Source of the DNA: Nitrososphaeria archaeon
GTDB taxonomy: Archaea; Thermoproteota; Nitrososphaeria; Geothermarchaeales; JDFR-13
Direction of reading: 5' to 3'
Assembly: GCA_027078545.1 (NCBI GenBank)
Contig: JALWXN010000004.1
Coordinates: 576,001 to 640,000, forward strand
DNA: 64,000 bases
The position numbers were made by a program, and so were the translations under genes. Shown one piece after another: positions 58,497 to 64,000 of the stretch (positions within the stretch are counted from its first letter, which is position 1; each line of letters opens with the position of its first letter). Below the pieces are notes generated by a model. It worked only from the letters and a program-made list of their open reading frames with translations, made no database searches and had not been told where the DNA came from.

Positions 58497-59410
58497 GGCC
58501 TTATAACCGTTCCGTGGCCCTCCCTAATCGCTTCTCCAGCCTTCTCGAGACTTGTTATGACGGCTGTCCCACCCGTCTTCTCTACATACTCCAATGCGGC
58601 CTCGATCTTCGGCTTTATACTACCCTCCTCGAAGCTGTATAGCTTGAGAAACTCCCTCATCTCCTCGGGGCTCGTCTCGGTTATCGGCTCCATATCGGGC
58701 TCCCCATAGTTGAGGTAGACATACTCCTCCCCAGTCAGTATGATGAACTTCTCCACGCCTAGTGAGGTGGCCAGGAGGCTACTCGCCCTATCCTTGTCTA
58801 TAACGGCGTCGACTGGGCGGAGCCTCTCGCCCTCCCTGGCTACGGGTATACCCCCGCCTCCACAGGCGACTACTATGTAGCCCTCCTCATAGGCCGTTCT
58901 TATAAGGGGTATCTCGACTATCTCGAGGGGCTCTGGGCTTGGGACTACTCTCCGCCAACCCTTCGAGGTCTTCTTGAAGGTCCATCCCAGCTCCATGTAT
59001 TCAACCGCCTCCTCGAAGCTGTAGGCCGGGCCTATAGGCTTTGATGGGTTCTTGAAGGCTGGGTCCTTGGGGTCGACCACTACATGTGTGACTACTGGGT
59101 AGATCCTCTCCCTACCCTCGGAGACGTTGTATAGGGCCATGCTGAGTATATGGCCTATCAATGCCTGGGTCTCAGCCACCGCTGCATATAATGGGTATGG
59201 AGGCACCTCCCTTGCTGAGTAGTACCTCAGGAGTGTCACCCCTACCTGGGTACCGTTTCCATGAGTGACGACTAGGTGGTCCTCCTCTGATATGGCTCTA
59301 TATATCCTCTCCATGGCCCTCAACGCATTCCTATACTGGTTCTCATAGGTAGGCTCCTCATCAGGCTGTAGAAGGGCGTTGCCACCTAGTGCCACTAGGT
59401 ATCGCGCCAT
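58493..59410 (-). CDS. cpkA: carbamate kinase (CK-like carbamoyl phosphate synthetase)
   Basis: ALGGNAL, THGNG.QVG, KPIGP, RRVVPSP, GGGGIP, AVIDKD. Confidence 0.9.
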   Translation of the reverse strand: MARYLVALGGNALLQPDEEPTYENQYRNALRAMERIYRAISEEDHLVVTHGNGTQVGVTLLRYYSAREVPPYPLYAAVAETQALIGHILSMALYNVSEGRERIYPVVTHVVVDPKDPAFKNPSKPIGPAYSFEEAVEYMELGWTFKKTSKGWRRVVPSPEPLEIVEIPLIRTAYEEGYIVVACGGGGIPVAREGERLRPVDAVIDKDRASSLLATSLGVEKFIILTGEEYVYLNYGEPDMEPITETSPEEMREFLKLYSFEEGSIKPKIEAALEYVEKTGGTAVITSLEKAGEAIREGHGTVIRP

Positions 59411-59420
59411 AGTGACCGCC

Positions 59421-60107
59421 TCAGGCTGGGGAGAAGTATTTTAGGATGAGCAGGACTATTAAACCTGCGCTTGGTGCTAGGACGTTGTCGTCTATCGGGC
59501 CGAACTCGAAGTGCTCCGCTATGCTGGCGGCCAGCGCCGATACTACCCCCTCTAGGCCTAGGTAGTAATATGCTATAGGTGCTGATACGAGGAACATGGC
59601 TAGGTTTCCCAGCCAGTGCTTCGTCCTCCTCTTGAAGAAGTAGTTCCTAACAATGCCTGTAGCCGCGTCTCCGAAGGCCATAAAGGATATTATGACCATG
59701 CCGTGTACCAGGTCTCCCCAGATCAGGTATGAGACTAGGAATAGTAGGCCCCACATTATGCAGAAGTTGACGTCGTACATATTGGTCTCTACCTGGAACC
59801 AGTAGAGTATCTGCTTCTTGAGGTATGGGATCAGCACCAGTATGGCTAGGGCGAGGCCCATGAGGAATGGTAGGAGTGGCCCGCTATAGATGTATGGGAC
59901 TAGGAGGGCCACCACGCCGCCGGCGAAGATATGGATTATCTTCCTGTTGTAGTAACGCATCCTCATGTCCCCTACACGGTCCTTATACTTCTCGTAGAGC
60001 TTCTTAGTCACGAAGGATGTGATGAAGAGGACGTAGATCAGGAGGCCGATGGAGATCAGGATCTCCTCCATCGTTATGCTTAGGATCTCCATATAAGGAC
60101 TATTCAT
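59421..60107 (-). CDS. dolichol/phytol kinase-like CTP-dependent polyprenol kinase
   Basis: RKIIH, AFGDAA, K...G, DDN motifs; multi-TM. Confidence 0.8.
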   Translation of the reverse strand: MNSPYMEILSITMEEILISIGLLIYVLFITSFVTKKLYEKYKDRVGDMRMRYYNRKIIHIFAGGVVALLVPYIYSGPLLPFLMGLALAILVLIPYLKKQILYWFQVETNMYDVNFCIMWGLLFLVSYLIWGDLVHGMVIISFMAFGDAATGIVRNYFFKRRTKHWLGNLAMFLVSAPIAYYYLGLEGVVSALAASIAEHFEFGPIDDNVLAPSAGLIVLLILKYFSPA

Positions 60108-60155
60108 GGACTCCGAATTAAATGGCCCTTACTACTGACTAGGAATTGCTTAGGC

Positions 60156-61319
60156 TCATCCCTCCACTATTCCGAGGCGGCTCCTCCACCTAAGCAGGTT
60201 CTCTAGGAGGCCTAGGGAGTCTAGGTATCTACATGTTCTACAGACCTCTCCCGAGGTGGGCTCCCCACATATCCTGCAGGATCCTATACGGACCGTTCCT
60301 GGGCCGAGCTTCTCGATCAGCTCCTCAAGACTATTCATGATCTTGTATTTTATACCTGGCCTCCTCTCCTCCAGCTCATTGATATAGTTCCTTACATCGT
60401 TCCTCAGGGCCTCGGGGGCGTATACACATTCTATGAAACTTGGGTATAGCCCCATCAAGACTGAGTATAACGTGGTCTCCATCTCTAGGGATCTGTAGAA
60501 AGGCTTCACCCTGGGTACTAGGAGGGGGTGGTCTGCGCCGCTTGTCCTGGGTAGTAGGTGTAGGATCCTGTCGAGGCTGTTCGTCACTATGTTGAGGAGG
60601 TAGGTCTGAACCATGTCGTCGAGGTTGTGCCCCGTGGCTAGGACGTCTGCACCTATTATCCTAGCCCCCACATTCAGGAGGTATCTACGGAAGACGCCGC
60701 AGTAGGAGCATGGATACTTAGGTAGGCCCCTCTCCCTAGCTATCATGATTATCTCGTCGAGACCGTGTCCAAAGACCTCCTCATAGCTTATCACCCTATA
60801 TTTGACGCCAAGATCCTCGTTAATCCTCATGAAGTCCTCTATAGTCAGGTCTCTATACCCCTTTATCCCCTCGTCGATTACCAGGGCGGTCAACTCTATC
60901 CCGAGGAGATCCCTATACTTGTTCAGTAGGTAGAGGAGGGAGAGGGAGTCCTTACCGCCTGACACGGCCACTGCTACATGTTCACCTGGACGTATAAGTC
61001 TATGCTCCCTGATTGTCTCGAGGACCTTCTCCTCGAAATACTCTATGTAGTGCTCTCTACAGAGGCTGATGCCTAGATAGTTATAGACAGCCTCCTCCCC
61101 ACATACCTCGCACCCGGCCCCTCCAGACACAACGGGTAGTAGCCTGGCCTCATCACCCGGTCTGAGGACATAGTCCCAGGTGACCACCCTCCCATTGACG
61201 ACGGGTATATACTCCACGGTCCTCAGTCCAAGCTCCTTAACAGCCTCGCCCAGGCTCCTCCCTGGAGGGACATCCCTACTTATTCCCCTCCCCACCACCT
61301 CTATCCTAGCAAGCTCCAT
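60156..61319 (-). CDS. ttuA: TtuA/Ncs6 tRNA 2-thiolation enzyme with N-terminal fused ubiquitin-like (ThiS/SAMP) domain
   Basis: residues 1-67 beta-grasp ending PVVSGG; then CxxC Zn finger, SGGKDS PP-loop, CSYC, GHNLDD, EC.Y, C-terminal CxxC..CxxC. Confidence 0.88.
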   Translation of the reverse strand: MELARIEVVGRGISRDVPPGRSLGEAVKELGLRTVEYIPVVNGRVVTWDYVLRPGDEARLLPVVSGGAGCEVCGEEAVYNYLGISLCREHYIEYFEEKVLETIREHRLIRPGEHVAVAVSGGKDSLSLLYLLNKYRDLLGIELTALVIDEGIKGYRDLTIEDFMRINEDLGVKYRVISYEEVFGHGLDEIIMIARERGLPKYPCSYCGVFRRYLLNVGARIIGADVLATGHNLDDMVQTYLLNIVTNSLDRILHLLPRTSGADHPLLVPRVKPFYRSLEMETTLYSVLMGLYPSFIECVYAPEALRNDVRNYINELEERRPGIKYKIMNSLEELIEKLGPGTVRIGSCRICGEPTSGEVCRTCRYLDSLGLLENLLRWRSRLGIVEG

Positions 61320-61479
61320 CCCAATACCTCCGTGTACCCATGGGATTGATAAAGCCTTGTTATCAATAGGGTGTAAATGAAAGTGTTTACACCCGTCTAC
61401 ACGTGAAGTGTCCGTGTATATCCACTAGGGATACATGGAGCCCTGCTTTATCGACTAGATTGGCTATACTATTCTCGGC

Positions 61480-62451
61480 ATGAGGCTGGGTAGGGACGGG
61501 CCTGAACTCTCGCCTATAGGGATAGGTGCGTGGCAGGCCGGATTCAGGAGCTGGGGCGGTGGATATACGAGGAGGGACGTGGTCGATGCATATAGATACG
61601 CATTTGAGAATGGTGTAAACTTCATCGATACCGCCGAGATCTATGGCATGGGCCTCTCAGAGGAGATTGTAGGGGAGGCTATAAAAGGGTATGACATAGT
61701 CGTGGCCACGAAGGTGGCTGGGTATAGGACATCTCCCCGTGACGTAGAGAAGGCTGCCTTGAGGAGTAGGTCGAGGCTCGGTGTAGACGTTATAGACCTC
61801 TACCAGATCCACTGGCCCCCAGCTGGGATAGGCTTCGGAGCAATATGTAGGGTGTTGAGGACCCTCGAGGACCTCGTTGATAGGGGCGTGATAAGATATA
61901 TCGGGGTGAGCAACTTCGACAGGCCCCTACTGGAGAAGGCGCTGTTATGCATGTCTAGGCATGAGATAGTCTCCAACCAGATCCAATATAGCCTCGTATA
62001 TAGGAGGGCTGAGAACGGCTTCAAGGGATTCATGGAGGAGAGGGGGATCCTCTTGATAGCCTATAGCCCTCTGGGGAAGGGTGTCCTAGCCGGTAAGACC
62101 AGTGTGGACAACCTGGCTAGGAGGCTAGACCCAGTGTTCAAGAAGGCTGCACGGGACGCTGAGCTCCAGAGGGTGTTGGCCAAGCTCTCGGAGAAGTATG
62201 GGGTCTCAAAGGCCGCCATATCTCTTAGGTGGCTGGTGGAGAAGGGCTCCCTACCCATACCCGGGGTGAAGAGGAGGGGGCATGTAGACGCGATTATCGA
62301 GGCTATGGGGATCACCCTCTCAAGGGATGACGTCGCCCTCCTTGACCTGGTTACGGAGAAATATCTTGACGGTGAGTATAGGAACCCGTTTCCACGCCTG
62401 GTGCCGAACATCCTTGTTAGGCTCGTGACCAGGATGACGGGTGGGGTATAG
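61480..62451 (+). CDS. aldo/keto reductase
   Basis: IDTAEIYG.G.SE, ATK, DLYQIHWP, IGVSNF, AYSPLG.G. Confidence 0.93.
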   Translation: MRLGRDGPELSPIGIGAWQAGFRSWGGGYTRRDVVDAYRYAFENGVNFIDTAEIYGMGLSEEIVGEAIKGYDIVVATKVAGYRTSPRDVEKAALRSRSRLGVDVIDLYQIHWPPAGIGFGAICRVLRTLEDLVDRGVIRYIGVSNFDRPLLEKALLCMSRHEIVSNQIQYSLVYRRAENGFKGFMEERGILLIAYSPLGKGVLAGKTSVDNLARRLDPVFKKAARDAELQRVLAKLSEKYGVSKAAISLRWLVEKGSLPIPGVKRRGHVDAIIEAMGITLSRDDVALLDLVTEKYLDGEYRNPFPRLVPNILVRLVTRMTGGV

Positions 62452-62509
62452 AGCAGCTGTATAGTGGATTCCCTATAACTGGCCTCTGAACAATTGATTG
62501 GTGGTGGAT

Positions 62510-62920
62510 ATGAAGTATCTTGTAGACTTCACGGTGTATGGGAGGTATCTCGCCGGGCTGGACGGATATATGGAGGCCTTCGAGTTTATAAACAAGAATG
62601 TGCCGGACCTAGCCAGCCTAGACATTATCCATGCGGACACCATCGACTATGCATATAGGGTGATCAGTGATGAGGGTTTCGACGTCTCAGAGGTGTTTAT
62701 GAGGCTCTCCAACGTGGTTAGGAGCATGATAGACTCCACCATAACGAGGTTTATCGAGCATAACAGGTATGTGGAGGAGGCTATGCACCTAGCCTCGGAG
62801 CATGAGATAGAGCCTAGGAACATGCTATACCTAGCCGCCGCTAGGGGTGAGGGCCTCATACTAGTCACGATGGATAGGAGGCTAGGGATCTTCGATGACG
62901 TCCTCGTCCTCGAGTTCTGA
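62510..62920 (+). CDS. divergent PIN-domain protein
   Basis: YLVD start, LYLAAA....LILVTMDRRL end; middle acidic residues degenerate. Confidence 0.6.
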   Translation: MKYLVDFTVYGRYLAGLDGYMEAFEFINKNVPDLASLDIIHADTIDYAYRVISDEGFDVSEVFMRLSNVVRSMIDSTITRFIEHNRYVEEAMHLASEHEIEPRNMLYLAAARGEGLILVTMDRRLGIFDDVLVLEF

Positions 62921-63635
62921 CCCGATACTAAGGATAGGGGGCCTAATAAGGGCTAGGTTCAAGAGGCGGCTAAACAGGTTTGTAGGCCTGGTGGAGCTCG
63001 ATGGCCGGGAGGAAGAGGTTCATATAACAAATACTGGTAGGCTCCACGACATACTCGTCCCGGGTAGGGAGGTCCTACTAAGGGGTATAGGTGGTGGGAG
63101 GCTTAGGTACAGGCTTATAGCAGCCAGGGATGTCGAGGGTCTCTACAGCATACCCGATGTAAGGACCCAGTCTATGGTCTTTGAGAGGCTGCTGGAGCAG
63201 GGTAGGATACCATATCTAGCCGGGTGCAACCTCGTCTCTAGGAACCCCAGGGTAGGCGGGTCGATGCTCGACTACCTCCTGAGGTGTGGGGATAGGGAGG
63301 TCTTGATAGAGACTAAGAGCGCCGTACTAAGGATAGGTGAGGCTGCCTCATATCCAGACTGTCCCACTACCCGTGGCCAGAGGCATGTAAGGGAGCTGAT
63401 CAGACTAGTCTCTAGGGGGGAGGCTTCCTACATCATATTCATCTCCGCCCTGCCAAGGGTCAGGTGCTTCAAGCCGTATAGGGATGGAGACCCAGAGATA
63501 TATCGCCTCCTTGGGGAGGCTCTTAAGGCTGGTGTGGGTGTCAAGGCCATCTCGATCTACATGGATAGCCGTGGCTACGTATACCTAGAGAATCCCGATC
63601 TACCCCTATGTAGGGACTGGGTGGAGGAGCTCTAG
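62895..63635 (+). CDS. sfsA: SfsA DNA/RNA nuclease-like protein
   Basis: RLNRF, HITNTGRL, IETKS, YPDCPTTRGQRH. Confidence 0.92.
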   Translation: MTSSSSSSDPILRIGGLIRARFKRRLNRFVGLVELDGREEEVHITNTGRLHDILVPGREVLLRGIGGGRLRYRLIAARDVEGLYSIPDVRTQSMVFERLLEQGRIPYLAGCNLVSRNPRVGGSMLDYLLRCGDREVLIETKSAVLRIGEAASYPDCPTTRGQRHVRELIRLVSRGEASYIIFISALPRVRCFKPYRDGDPEIYRLLGEALKAGVGVKAISIYMDSRGYVYLENPDLPLCRDWVEEL

Positions 63636-64000
63636 GTCTCTATATATCCTCATCAACGCCTCCCTCAACCCTGTCTCCGGCCTATATCCACAGATGTATA
63701 GCTCCCTAGCTATCTCTACACTGCCCCCATGGGTGAAGCTCCTTATAAAGCCTAGTAGGCCGTGTCTCGGGAGTATGTGGGGCGGTGGAGACCCGGCGAG
63801 GCGTATATGTAGGGCTTCACGCCCAGCTAGCCATGTGAAGTACCTGGTTATGAGTCCCGGGTCGCCCCTGTATAGGACCAGGCTATATGGCTCCCCACTC
63901 CCTATGCATTCGAGGGCTGTCTCCGCCGACCCCACTATCTCCCAGGCGGGTGTATAGCCCGTCTCGCTCTCCACCTCTATGGAGATACCCATTCTGGAGA
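63606..64000 (-). CDS. 3' part of a hypothetical protein, probably starting beyond the window
   Basis: frame stays open to the window edge upstream of ATG 63992. Confidence 0.5.
   Translation of the reverse strand, partial: SRMGISIEVESETGYTPAWEIVGSAETALECIGSGEPYSLVLYRGDPGLITRYFTWLAGREALHIRLAGSPPPHILPRHGLLGFIRSFTHGGSVEIARELYICGYRPETGLREALMRIYRDLELLHPVPT

Noticed and set aside
1-64000. Numerous short overlapping ORFs in the six-frame track
   Set aside because: They lie inside or antisense to recognisable genes and have Ser/Pro/Thr-biased shadow composition.
1-64000. CRISPR arrays, tRNA/rRNA genes, transposases, integrases
   Set aside because: No spaced direct repeats, cloverleafs with T-loop GTTCRA, rRNA-length gaps or recombinase motifs were seen by eye.

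Overview
Gene-dense chromosomal window from a thermophilic, probably aerobic or facultative TACK-lineage archaeon. Support: archaeal EF-2 and TFB, AGG/ATA/GAG-rich codons, leaderless TATA promoters and heme O/A synthases; the exact lineage cannot be fixed from sequence alone. Mostly housekeeping: EF-2, TFB, a 2-oxoacid dehydrogenase operon with LplA, a pyrFEBICKD operon without carAB (a stand-alone carbamate kinase lies about 23 kb downstream), TatAC, icd/gltA/mdh with a lutCAB-type dehydrogenase, moaA/moeA1/moeA2, a VapBC pair and sfsA. The ORF track misses three guide RNAs: two box C/D sRNAs (113-172 and 22404-22466) and one single-hairpin H/ACA sRNA (52232-52305), each with a predictable rRNA target. 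The most notable observations are four. (1) An in-frame ubiquitin-like (VSGG)::TtuA/Ncs6 tRNA-thiolase fusion. (2) A cluster of surface-anchored GIFT-like proteins, a GNT-variant metallophosphoesterase, an AfuABC-like transporter and an H+-PPase, suggesting a phosphoester scavenging module. (3) A stand-alone EF-2 with HRT instead of HRG in the diphthamide loop. (4) Several enzymes that lack their catalytic motifs. No CRISPR array, tRNA, rRNA or transposase was seen. rRNA target calls rely on remembered conserved archaeal rRNA sequence, not on this organism's rRNA.
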